This document shows, piece after piece, positions 26,213-38,302 of a stretch of DNA of 64,000 nucleotides. The stretch's first letter is position 1. The number at the start of each line of letters is the position of its first letter. The stretch comes from the human T2T-CHM13v2.0 reference genome, Homo sapiens, in the NCBI RefSeq assembly GCF_009914755.1, contig NC_060928.1; one strand, written 5' to 3'. Position numbers and translations under genes: made by a program. The notes beneath the pieces were generated by a model. The model was given only the letters and a program-made list of their open reading frames with translations, had not been told where the DNA came from and ran no database searches.

Positions 26213-28349
26213 GTAAGCTGAATCTCTGAATGACCATTCTCAGCATGACTAAACTCTGGACTAGCCCTAGAGGAAAATGTAGGGGAGGCAAAGTTTACTT
26301 TTGCTTGCTCTGGGGTTTCTGTCTTATGGCTGGCACTTTTGTCCCTTCCCTCCCTCCCCAGGCTCCTCAAGCCTCTCTACTACAAAACTCTGGGTCCCAG
26401 AATCTTCCTGATCCCCATCCCATGCCTCGGCCCACATCTCGCTCTGCTTCAGGACCTGTGGCTGCAGGTGTGATACTCATGGACCTCAGGTGCCCATGGA
26501 CTGCTGTGTTACTGCTTCTGAGTAACATTTGGTGTTTTATAAGAAAGTTTTCTTGACATATTCTACCATATGCTCTGATGGTGGGGATCTCAGCAGGGGA
26601 CGGCTAAGAGGAAAAACCATTTTGGCCTAATGAGTGACACATTTTACTGTCTCTTAAATTCATTCTATGGATAACTCCATCTGTGTTGGGTTGCTCAGAA
26701 GTAAAAGAATGAGGCCCTTGTCACTACAATGACAATAATTCTTTTCACTCAGTCCCTTCTTGTAGATTCATCGGCCAAAGGGCTGGAAATAGCTTGAAAT
26801 GCCATCAGCAAAAGGGCTATTTACTTTTTCCAAATCTGGTTTTATTTCCCATGGAAGTAATAGTTTCCCTTCAGAATGTTATTTTCTTCTGCCATCGATA
26901 TCCTTTAGATGACATCTCTAAGACTACACCTAACTATAAATAAGTTAAAACATATCCATTTGCCAAATATATGTGGAGTTCTTAACTGGTGTGTAAGATA
27001 CTATGTGAGATAAAATGATGGAGAAAACAAATTCTTTCTCTCCAGGATCTTAGAGTTAGAAAAGAAACAAAAGGCACTTACAAAAATTATTGTAAAACAA
27101 GACAGAATGTGGGAGGTGCTATGTGAGTAGTACCGAGAAGAAAAAAAAGATCATGCTTTAAGGGCTTGGAGTAGAAAGAAATTAGTTCCTGGCCTCTGGT
27201 GTTCATAATGGAAATAATTGTGTGGGGCCATGGAGGATGAGTAGGATTTGAGCAAACAGAAGTGAATGGGTGAGGCCGTTCTCCATGAAAAAACTCATAG
27301 GAACCAAAGCATGGAGACAGAAAAGCAGAGCACAGAAAAGCAGCCAGCCAACTGGTACATAAACCATCGAACAGTCAGAAATCATTTAACACAAGCAAAT
27401 GTAAGAAAAGTTTTTTTCTATTTTTTGATATTTTCTTCAATGCAAAGATAGCCATCATATACCACAGGATAAAAGTTGTTTCATGTTTTCATTTATAAAA
27501 TTATTCTACTCAGTCTTCTAATAAAATGCACACAATTCATTAGTGTACATGTTACTTTTTTAAAAGCAGAGAAGCACCGAAAATAAAACATAACTTCCCA
27601 CTTCAGACAAGGGAGAGAAAAAATTAGGAAGAGATTATTATAATCTACTGAGTTTAGATTTAGTGTTTAACTCAAAAGGTTATCTTAGTAATGAGTAAAC
27701 AAACAACAATGAACTTGATTGCAAAGGAAAACATAAATGTCCAAGTAAAACTTTCCAGGACTCAATTACTCAAGTCAAATATTTAAAATACTTTTTATTT
27801 AGTGATATACTACAAAGTTTATTTCTATTTTTTTCTTATGGCAAAATCGTATTTCAGAATATACCCACCAATATTAAAAAATTAATGAACAATAATGCCA
27901 TAACTTTTACAAATAAGTAATTTCAAATTATATTTTACAAATATTATACATTGGCACTTTTGCAGACCATATATTAGCTAGCTTCTTAAAAGTAGAGGGC
28001 ACTTCTAAAAGCCATTTTTATTTTAGATTCAAATGTGAGCTGATTCAACATTTCCGCCTACTTCCAACAGTTAATAAGATACATATATAAAAGCAGACAG
28101 TCCTCCAAGCAGAACAGTACTTCTGTTTGGGAGTGAAAAAAAAGAGAGAGTCCAATCAAAATCTATTTCAGATAACATCCCATCGACGGCTACAAGCTTA
28201 CAGAACACACAGCCCGAGGATGACACTTGGGCAATTCAAGAGCAGGGGGGTCCAGAGTTTGTCCATCTTCATCTGCCTCTACAACCAATATTAGAGAAGT
28301 CCAGAGACTGGGAAAACCGTTGTGTATCCAGTAATTACATGACTATCAT

Positions 28350-28590
28350 TAATATTATCTAGGAAAGAAACTATCATTCATTAAAGGGCTATGCCCAGTT
28401 CTGTATGCTTTACATGCATTATTTAATAAAAATCATTTAATTCTCCCCAAAATACTGAAAGGTAGATATCATTTTTATTTTACAGCTAAAAAAGCTAAGG
28501 CTCAGAGAAGTAAAATAATGCTCCCAAGATCACACAGCCCATAAACGGCAGTGAGACAACTGATTCTAATGCATGTGTTCTTTCCATAGC
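28350..28590 (-). mobile_element. MIR
   Basis: gctttacatgcattattt...ttttacagctaaaaaagctaaggctcagagaagtaaaataatgctcccaagatcacacagc. Confidence 0.7.
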
Positions 28591-31411
28591 ACAGCTACTC
28601 TCGTGAGTACTGGACTGAGGGATTAAGAAAAACTATTTGGCAATTCCTGCCTACTGTTTCACTCAACATATTCCCTATGATCCTGGCTTCCCTGCGTTTG
28701 GTTTTTCTATTTTCTTTGCTACCTTCCCTACACACTTGACCAAATACTATGAGCTTCTGGCTGCATGCTCTTTTTCTCTCCATCAGGGAGCTCTCGTGTA
28801 TTCTGACATCTTTAATGAACACATCTAAGATGTCCACATGCTTGACAAGAGCCAACAAATTGAAGTGGTTGTCAAAAAGCACAAAATTAAGTTGTATTAG
28901 TAAAAATAGGGCTGTGGTCAAGGCAAGGAAGTGGATGGATGCCCCGTGCTTGGGGTCGATCAGGCCACATCAGAGTCAAGGTCTGATTTGGAACCCCACA
29001 AACAAAAGGGAATTCATAATCAGGTGATGGGTCTGAACATAGTCACCTAACACAAGAGAACTGTAGTGTCAACCTGGAGAAGAGAAAGCAGCCAGCGAGT
29101 TCGAAGGAACACTAAACTTTTTCAAATGTTGGGAGGGTTTCATAGGAAAGAGGAAATAACCTTATTAGGTGTTGCATCAGGAAAAATGGATACTAGTTTC
29201 AGGTTAAAAATTATTGAAAATATTACAACTATGTATAAGTGAAACAATAGGATCTGAAAAGTAATAAACAATTAGCATGTAAGATGTTCAAGGAAAGAAG
29301 AGTTGACCATGGGCTATGAAAACTGGGAAGGACTTGTACTGGGACACACTAAGAGCCTGTGATACCCAATTCTCTATCTCTAACTGTATATTGCTTTCTG
29401 AGCTCAGGTTCTATATTCCCTTAACATCAATATGTCTAACATTAAAGCCCTTGTCTTTTTCACCCTATCTTCATTTTTACATGTTAACATTCCAGTCCAT
29501 TTTAGTTATTAAGGCTTTTTGCTTGGGCACCAGAAGAAGGGGTTTTTTTCTTTGTAATGTTTTTCTTTGGCGTAATCCTAATCCAAGTGATTACATCTCA
29601 TTACTGGATACTGCAAAAGCCTCCTACATGTTCTTTCTTACCACTGTTCCTCCTAAATCCTTAATTTTTATTTTGTTAATCTCCTGTGAACTTTCACTAG
29701 CTCTTCATACTCTACAAAATAAAACCAAATTCTTCACCCTGGCATTCCATCTTCTACAAGTCTCCGGCACTCTGTTTGTCTGTGCAGACCTAATTGGATA
29801 TGATGTCTCTGCCTCACAGACCTTCCCCCACCCTCCATACCCCTCAGGATCACTGCCTTTGCCAATAAATATCACCAGATATTGCTTAGAACATGCAGCA
29901 CCCACCCTAATTTCTTCCATGTTCCAATCTCTCAATAAATATCTCCTATGTTGATTTCATATTACTCATCAATTCAAAGGCCTATGTAGGGATGTTGTAT
30001 ATTCCAGCTCATCCTACAATTTGGGGGTGAAAAGAAAAAATGACATTTAGTCTGTCTATAATTGTTCTGTTGCTCAAGAGCTCCTCATGGAGGGGCAAGG
30101 GAATGTGCAGAAATTAAATTCAATCTGTTTAAACTTAAGGTTATCTAATAGCTAAAATAGTTATTTAAATAAATCAGTCTCTTTTAGTTAAAAATGCTCA
30201 GATCCTCACTCCCCCTCCTTCTCCCTCTAATATGGCATCCAGGTGTGGCTTACACCGTCCACTACATACCATGCACCAAATGGACAAACATGGCTTACAC
30301 CATAGTGAAGAGGAAGACTTGGAATCTTCAGACATGCATGGGATAATGTTGCCTAACCACTTGAATGCTTCTTGCCCTGCTTCATTCTAAAATGAAGTTG
30401 TCGGCTACCATAGCTTAGGATTCACTTAGTATAGTCTTGACTAGGGCCATAGTGACTCAGCCTCTCTTAGCTCCCATGGGCAATTTAGACTTCTCCCTGT
30501 TTGAGTATGACTCACATTTGTCCCTAGTATGTACTCCATCTACACTGCTCCTTTTAGAGCCACTTCACTTCCTCTATGGCAACACTCTCTGGAAACCTCC
30601 AGACCAGATGCTCAGACACTTCTATATTTAGTCTATGCTACAGAGAAATAGCGAGTGGCATACGGTATAGTCAATCTCAGCTCTTTCTTCCTGACCACAT
30701 TGTTCTGCCAAGCTTACTGAAAGTTGGCTGCACCCAAGAGTGATAAAACCCAGGATATGAAGCAGCATATTTACAGATCCTGCCCCTTCCCCCACCAAAA
30801 TAAAAGAATGAATTCAAATATAGATATAAATACTTTACTCTCCTCCTCTGCTTTCTCTTTTTCATCCCATTATTCTCCCAGGGACTTTTAAATGTCAGAA
30901 GATTCTTCTATTTGCAGATTTTCTGTTTAAAAAGAAGCAAGAAAGAAAGGAAAGAAAAAGAAAATACTCCTTTAGGCAGATGAATACCTCTGATGATCAG
31001 AATGAAGGGAGAAAAGAGAAAGAGAGAGAGAGAGAGAGAGAACTAATTTTAATATATGAAATCCATTTTACTTGCAATGACTCACTATTCCCACTATGTA
31101 GGTTTATTCATATTATGTCTCAATTGTGTCCTGTTTCCAAACAATTGAATATGCCGCTTATTCTTAAAATATTCTCACAATTTCCCTTCTGCATATTTGA
31201 ATAGTACCCATTTTTCAAGCCTAGTTCATTCTTCTTTCTCCATGAAACCTGATTTGACCATTCTAGAATGACCTCTACCAGTAAACCTCTATTGAGTTAA
31301 TAGATCCTTTTTATTAAATATCTGGTGGATGGTTTTTATATTGCCTAAGAATTATTATATTTTAAAAATTTTACATAAAATAATCACTTCATATTGAAAA
31401 TTGTATTTTAG

Positions 31412-32881
31412 CAGGAAGAAAAAAACAAAGACAATATTGGTTTTCACCATTTGGGCAAGAGAATAAATCAAGAGCTATCATCTAAAGAAAATATTGTCCA
31501 GGAAAGAAAGAAAGATTTGTCCCTTTCTGAAGCCAGTGAGAATAAGGGAAGTAGTAAATCTCAAAATTATTTCACAAATAGACAGAGACTGAATAAAGAA
31601 TATAGTATCAGTAACAAAGAGAATACTCACAATGGCCTGAGGATGTCAATTTATCCTAAGTCAACTGGGAATAAAGGGTTTGAGGATGGAGATGATGCTA
31701 TCAGCAAACTACATGACCAAGAAGAATATGGCGCAGCTCTCATCAGAAATAACATGCAACATATAATGGGGCCAGTGACTGCGATTAAACTCCTGGGGGA
31801 AGAAAACAAAGAGAACACACCTAGGAATGTTCTAAACATAATCCCAGCAAGTATGAATTATGCTAAAGCACACTCGAAGGATAAAAAGAAGCCTCAAAGA
31901 GATTCCCAAGCCCAGAAAAGTCCAGTAAAAAGCAAAAGCACCCATCGTATTCAACACAACATTGACTACCTAAAACATCTCTCAAAAGTCAAAAAAATCC
32001 CCAGTGATTTTGAAGGCAGCGGTTATACAGATCTTCAAGAGAGAGGGGACAATGATATATCTCCTTTCAGTGGGGACGGCCAACCTTTTAAGGACATTCC
32101 TGGTAAAGGAGAAGCTACTGGTCCTGACCTAGAAGGCAAAGATATTCAAACAGGGTTTGCAGGCCCAAGTGAAGCTGAGAGTACTCATCTTGACACAAAA
32201 AAGCCAGGTTATAATGAGATCCCAGAGAGAGAAGAAAATGGTGGAAATACCATTGGAACTAGGGATGAAACTGCGAAAGAGGCAGATGCTGTTGATGTCA
32301 GCCTTGTAGAGGGCAGCAACGATATCATGGGTAGTACCAATTTTAAGGAGCTCCCTGGAAGAGAAGGAAACAGAGTGGATGCTGGCAGCCAAAATGCTCA
32401 CCAAGGGAAGGTTGAGTTTCATTACCCTCCTGCACCCTCAAAAGAGAAAAGAAAAGAAGGCAGTAGTGATGCAGCTGAAAGTACCAACTATAATGAAATT
32501 CCTAAAAATGGCAAAGGCAGTACCAGAAAGGGTGTAGATCATTCTAATAGGAACCAAGCAACCTTAAATGAAAAACAAAGGTTTCCTAGTAAGGGCAAAA
32601 GTCAGGGCCTGCCCATTCCTTCTCGTGGTCTTGATAATGAAATCAAAAACGAAATGGATTCCTTTAATGGCCCCAGTCATGAGAATATAATAACACATGG
32701 CAGAAAATATCATTATGTACCCCACAGACAAAATAATTCTACACGGAATAAGGGTATGCCACAAGGGAAAGGCTCCTGGGGTAGACAACCCCATTCCAAC
32801 AGGAGGTTTAGTTCCCGTAGAAGGGATGACAGTAGTGAGTCATCTGACAGTGGCAGTTCAAGTGAGAGCGATGGTGACTAG
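31412..32881 (+). CDS. MEPE: MEPE large terminal coding exon (residues 37-525, stop TAG)
   Basis: Acceptor ttttAG|CAG GAA GAA, in frame with the 476-aa ORF 31451-32881; 18+18+489=525 aa. RGD at 32042-32050, SGDG at 32069-32080 (dentonin/AC-100 segment 32027-32095), NNST glycosylation sequon, C-terminal ASARM RDDSSESSDSGSSSESDGD at 32822-32878. Confidence 0.99.
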   Translation, partial: QEEKNKDNIGFHHLGKRINQELSSKENIVQERKKDLSLSEASENKGSSKSQNYFTNRQRLNKEYSISNKENTHNGLRMSIYPKSTGNKGFEDGDDAISKLHDQEEYGAALIRNNMQHIMGPVTAIKLLGEENKENTPRNVLNIIPASMNYAKAHSKDKKKPQRDSQAQKSPVKSKSTHRIQHNIDYLKHLSKVKKIPSDFEGSGYTDLQERGDNDISPFSGDGQPFKDIPGKGEATGPDLEGKDIQTGFAGPSEAESTHLDTKKPGYNEIPEREENGGNTIGTRDETAKEADAVDVSLVEGSNDIMGSTNFKELPGREGNRVDAGSQNAHQGKVEFHYPPAPSKEKRKEGSSDAAESTNYNEIPKNGKGSTRKGVDHSNRNQATLNEKQRFPSKGKSQGLPIPSRGLDNEIKNEMDSFNGPSHENIITHGRKYHYVPHRQNNSTRNKGMPQGKGSWGRQPHSNRRFSSRRRDDSSESSDSGSSSESDGD

Positions 32882-33202
32882 TCCACCAGGAGTTCCCAGC
32901 GGGGTGACAGTCTGAAGACCTCGTCACCTGTGAGTTGATGTAGAGGAGAGCCACCTGACAGCTGACCAGGTGAAGAGAGGATAGAGTGAAGAACTGAGTG
33001 AGCCAAGAATCCTGGTCTCCTTGGGGGAATTTTTGCTATCTTAATAGTCACAGTATAAAATTCTATTAAAGGCTATAATGTTTTTAAGCAAAAAAAAATC
33101 ATTACAGATCTATGAAATAGGTAACATTTGAGTAGGTGTCATTTAAAAATAGTTGGTGAATGTCACAAATGCCTTCTATGTTGTTTGCTCTGTAGACATG
33201 AA

Positions 33203-33208
33203 AATAAA
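33203..33208 (+). terminator. MEPE: MEPE polyadenylation signal AATAAA (3' UTR ~32882-33225)
   Basis: First canonical AATAAA after the stop, with U/GU-rich sequence downstream (ctgttgtctgtggtg). Confidence 0.8.
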
Positions 33209-36200
33209 CAATATCTCTCGATGATAATTTGTATTAAGTAATCTATAAGAAACTCTGTTGTCTGTGGTGCTTCATTTCAGAGGCAAGAAGCTTAGTTCTG
33301 CCTCCAGCACAGGGAGTGCCTATGAAATTGATCCACTGGGGAAATCTCAGCTGTGCTCCTCCACCCTCTCTGCTTGAGCCAGCCTTTCCTTTCCCCTCTG
33401 ACTTCCCTCTGTGCTGATAGAGATCCTACTTCCTACCTTCTTCCACTCTTTCCTCTGTTGCACATGTTGCACATATTCTACGACAAATATTAGCTCCTGA
33501 AACAAATCTCCATGTTATCATTTTTCTTGGTTCTACCTCCTTCCAGACAAAGAGGACTGTAGGGTAGAGGGAGGGCAAGAGGGAGAATTTGAGGAGAAAC
33601 ACAAATGCAAAGCCAAGACAAAAACTTAATTTGAGAAATATCATTCACTGGCTGATCCCAAGTCATTTCCAGAATATTTCTTTCTCTTGTCTTTCAGTGT
33701 AGAGGTTTTTTGGCTTTGTGACACTGTTCTGGAAACTAGCCCTAAGTCTCGGTTAGGGAAGGGGGAAGAGCTCTGGAAAGTTTTTGCCCCTCCTGATAAG
33801 AAGAATTTATATAGCCGGTATACCACCCTTTCTCCTTTCTTGCCCTTTTCTTGGCTTGACATGAACCTGATGCCTGGAGGAGCAGTCATGTTGTGGCTAT
33901 GAAGGAAAGGACAAAATAATCCTAGAGGAGCCACTGAACCAGCTCCATCATCAGTTTCCTGCCTCCAGAATCTTTGTCCTATGAGAAAAAGAATGCTCTT
34001 TTTAAGCGACTATTTGGAATTTTTGTTGCTGCTGTTATTGGTAGGTGAATTGAATTTGTAATTGATATACCTCTCCATTCTTGACATTCCCCCAAATGAG
34101 GAAGGTCAAGAGAAGAAAAGAAAGAGGTAGAGAATAGAGAAAGAAAGTGCACACATTTTCTCTTTAACATGTAAGTTCCCAAACAACAGAAATCATGACT
34201 GAGACATTCTGGACAGCACCTAGATTATTAAGTTGAATAATGTATGTAGCAAAGTCAAGTCAATGTCAATATGTTATGGCACCTTCAAAAAATCTAAACT
34301 CCCACATTGGGTAGATAGAGGGTGCTTCATTTACTAAATGAAAGTGGCAATATAAGCTATTGAATAAATCAGACTCTCAACATACACAAATAGTAATGGC
34401 TAACATGATTTGCTTAGTTACCATGAGCCATGCTCTGTGAAGTCCTTTTATCTATACAGCTACTCTATAATACGGGTACCATTATTACCCCCATTTTACA
34501 GATGAAGAAACAGACACAGATCTGTAAGTATTTGCTAGTTAGCTAGGATTTATACCCAAGGAGTCTGGTTCCAGAGTCTTTACTCTTAAACAATCACTAA
34601 ACTGCCATATATTGCAAAGATAAATGTACATAATATACACATACATATATGACTGTGTGTATATATAGACATATATGTATACACACGTGTACATAGATCG
34701 TGTGTATATTCATCCACATAATATGAATATGTGTGAGTATATGTGTGTTCATGAGTGCACACACACAGAGAGAGAGAGAGAAACTTGAAAGAATACAAAG
34801 TAGAATCTAAAAACAAGGAATCTTTTTTTCCCTCATTTGTTCCCTATCTTCTAGAAATAACAGGTCAGAATCAAGGGAAAGACTGAACATATCACCCAAT
34901 GTTACCATCAGAATTCCAGAATAAACTATTCCTAGTAATTTGGTTTTTAAAAAATAAAAGACAATTTGGGGGAAAAAAAACTGGAGGCAATTAATGAAGT
35001 AAAAAAAAACTCTATCAGAATTTAAATTGCAGATTAATAAATTGAAATCAAACTGCTACTTATATTTCAGGTTTATATCAGAGCTTTACATGCGAATGGT
35101 CTGATCACATAAAAACACTTGTCGTGGTAAAAGAAAAATATGAACTGATGGAGAAAAACGGATGCTTTCTTTGGGTAAATACAGATGGACCCTTCCAAAA
35201 GTCACCTGTCGTAGTCTGCTATCTAGTGGAGAAACTGCGTATTTCAATTCTCTGGTCCGATTTTGTTTCCTCTCTCTAAGCTTCAGTGTTCATGGATATT
35301 TCTTCAAAACACTGACAATGTTCATATTTTTTTCATCCAGTTAACAGAAACTAGAAGTGTGTTGGCATCCACAATGCATTGCTATTTGATGCAGACGTGG
35401 AGGAATTAGTCCAAACACAAAGGACCAGAGATCCACAAGGACAGTCAGTAGTCAGGAGTGAGGCCCATGCCTTATCCAAAACCATGTTTTAGCCATCAGG
35501 CTGCGCTAACCTCAGTTAAAAAAAAAATAGATATCTGTTTCTGAAATTGGGCAAAAAACTTCAGCCTCACGTAGCTGCCTTATAAGAGACGATGGAAATT
35601 GACCTAGCCTGCCACCTTGTGCTCAAAAAGAAAAGGTCACTGTACCAGTCTGCGAGCAGGCTCCGGTTCTGTTATTTACGTGCAGCCCTGGTACTCCCTC
35701 AAACCTCACCTTCCTGGACTTCTCTGCTTGTAAATATTTACCTTGATTTTACAATACTAATTAATCTGTTCTTGGCGCGTCTACCAGTCAGGGTAACATA
35801 TCTGACCTTGTCTGAAATAACATTTAGCTCAGTTGAAAAGTATTTATTGAACGACCATCTTTTACAAAATTCTTTGGAGATCAAAAGAAGAGATGCTCTT
35901 GGTCTTTATCAAAACTATAAGTAAGTAGGGAGAAAGTCATACGAAAGATACAAGGCAGAATGTGTTAAATAATAGAAATATAAGTAAAGTGAGACAGGAG
36001 TTCTGAGAAGATGAACTCTAGCTGAAGGGAAGAGCCAGGAGATAGTAAAATCTATTTTACCCAACGTATTACACATGTAGAGAGGCTGCAGACAATAAGT
36101 CTCACTAGTACATAAGAGCTTCACAGTGGCGACCTTAAGTGATCCCATGTGTAGTTTAGAGCTTAAGATAACTCTCCCCAACCAGTGGATGGGGAAGGAG

Positions 36201-36958
36201 TGGTAAGCAAGGTAGGGTTCAGGGGAGTTGGAAGGAAGAAGACCAGCCAGGAGGAAGTTGCTCAACAGACTTTCTCTGTGGTCTAGAATAAACATTGTGT
36301 TATCTCCTCACTCTGTCTTTAGGGCCTGCCTTTAACTAAGTAGGAGCTCAAGACAGCGTAAGTTTCAAAGACATTATGATGCTTTTACAGAAGTCCCTTT
36401 CAAAAACAACTTCTGTATGAGAAGGTAAACTCTGCTATTCAAGAGAATGATACTTACAGTCACAGGCATTAAAATATGGTATTAGACGGCCCAAAGGAAA
36501 AGGAGAAGAAATAGATGAGTCTGAATGCATGTCAGGAAGATAGGAATTGGGGGCTGAAAGAGAAAGGGGCAGATAAATGGTTAGAAAAAATTTAATGAGG
36601 AAGTCGGGAAAGAAAAGAGAACAAAACACCGATACAATCCAAATCCAGAAATCCAAATGAGAATAATGTCACAAACAATGAGTGGACTCACGCAAAAGCT
36701 GCAAGAAAATCTACCTGAAGCTATGGTTTAGACTTTCGAGAATAAGAACAAGAGGATCTGTTTCATTAAACGAATAATACTTTATCAATTTGTAGGCATA
36801 TGGTTTAGTGTAACACAGACACTCCCTGTTTAGAAGTGACTCTTGCTAGATTTGAATTTTAAGTAGATTTTTATAATTGTTAGGTTAACAGGTTAATAAT
36901 AGAAGTCAAACAATCTTAAATAATTTTTACTTAAAACAGCATCAGGAAGATAGAAGTA

Positions 36959-37029
36959 TTAGGTTGGCTCAAAAGTAATTGCCATTACTTTTAATGGCAA
37001 AAACAGTCATCACTTTTGCACCAACATAA
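36959..37029. mobile_element. MADE1 (Hsmar1-derived MITE), internally deleted
   Basis: TA|ttaggttggctcaaaagtaattgccattacttttaatggcaaaaacagtcatcacttttgcaccaacataa|TA: palindromic, with TA TSD. Confidence 0.9.
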
Positions 37030-37421
37030 TACTATGTGAAGAAAGAAAGTTGTCTATTTAGCAAAGAGGTAATTCTGAGCAGGCCAGCTGGGGCAGATCT
37101 TAGACACATTGCATTAATAAGTGAATGGAGTAATATTTGTGATATAAGGCCATGAACGGCGTCCAGGGATTTCCTTTTTTAACAGGTCCCTCAAATGATT
37201 TTAATGCAAGTCAAAGTTTGAAATCACTAATATGGATGTCTTTCCCAGTGACCTTCAAATCAGTCACCTGGGTCTCCCACAAATCTATAGCTAGTCCAGA
37301 ACTTCCCCTGTATTAACCTACCATTGCAGGAATGTTTCAGTTTATGATGAAAAATAGCTTGTCTTTGTGGATTATCTTATATCAACAAATAATAAAAATA
37401 TCATTTAAAGTGAACGTACAA

Positions 37422-37733
<312 letters not shown>

Positions 37734-38089
37734 AAGTGAATGTACAGGACAGCATTTAAAAATGGACCTTTACACAGGCTCTTGCAAAACAGAAACTATT
37801 CACAGTGCATATATGTGACTTCCCCAACTCACTACTCTGTGGAAAATAATCTGGTGATTGTAGAGCCGTAGTGTGCCATCGGTCACGTACAAACCGGTCA
37901 TCCTAACAGGATATGATCACAACCATTCAAAGTTTATGTGTCTCTGTAAAAGACAGAACAGAAAGTGTGACAAGGAAACAAAGTAGGAACAGAAGGAGCA
38001 AAAGTTGAAAGTACAAGGGCGCAAAAGTCACAGTATGCTGATTCGAGACTGAGCTTGTTGCCTCATGTTGCGCAAAAGTGTGAGTTCTA

Positions 38090-38302
38090 CAATGAGATCA
38101 CATGGACACAGGAAGGGGAACATCACACTCTGGGGACTGTGGTGGGGTGGGGGGAAGGGGGAAGGGATAGCATTGGGAGATATACCTAATGCTAGATGAC
38201 GAGTTAGTGGGTGCAGCGCACCAGCATGGCACATGTATACATATGTAACTAACCTGCACAATGTGCACATGTACCCTAAAACTTAAAGTATAATAAAAAA
38301 AA
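38090..38302 (+). mobile_element. Very short, young L1 3'-end insertion (L1PA2-like)
   Basis: Nearly unmutated L1 3' UTR with poly(A); GAG (not ACA or ACG) at the Ta-diagnostic site; perfect 16-bp TSD AAAAGTGTGAGTTCTA at 38074-38089 and 38303-38318. Confidence 0.95.

Noticed and set aside
28172-28293. Possible exon starting ttcAG|ATAACA, like the 26120 cassette exon
   Set aside because: Weak pyrimidine tract, no similarity beyond 6 nt, an in-frame stop and no convincing donor.
29316-29954. 212-aa ORF, the longest outside MEPE
   Set aside because: Intronic, T-rich, overlaps L2-like sequence at its 3' end, and has no recognisable domain; likely a chance frame.
31451-31453. ORF-track start of the 476-aa MEPE ORF
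   Set aside because: The codon is TTG (Leu50) inside the exon; the true start is the ATG at 21150, joined by splicing.
31651-32794. Short antisense ORFs overlapping the MEPE terminal exon
   Set aside because: Hydrophobic mirror frames expected from an A-rich coding strand; no independent support.
34620-34780. Alternating purine-pyrimidine, quasi-palindromic TA/CA/TG tract
   Set aside because: Degenerate microsatellite or low-complexity sequence with no specific structure supportable.
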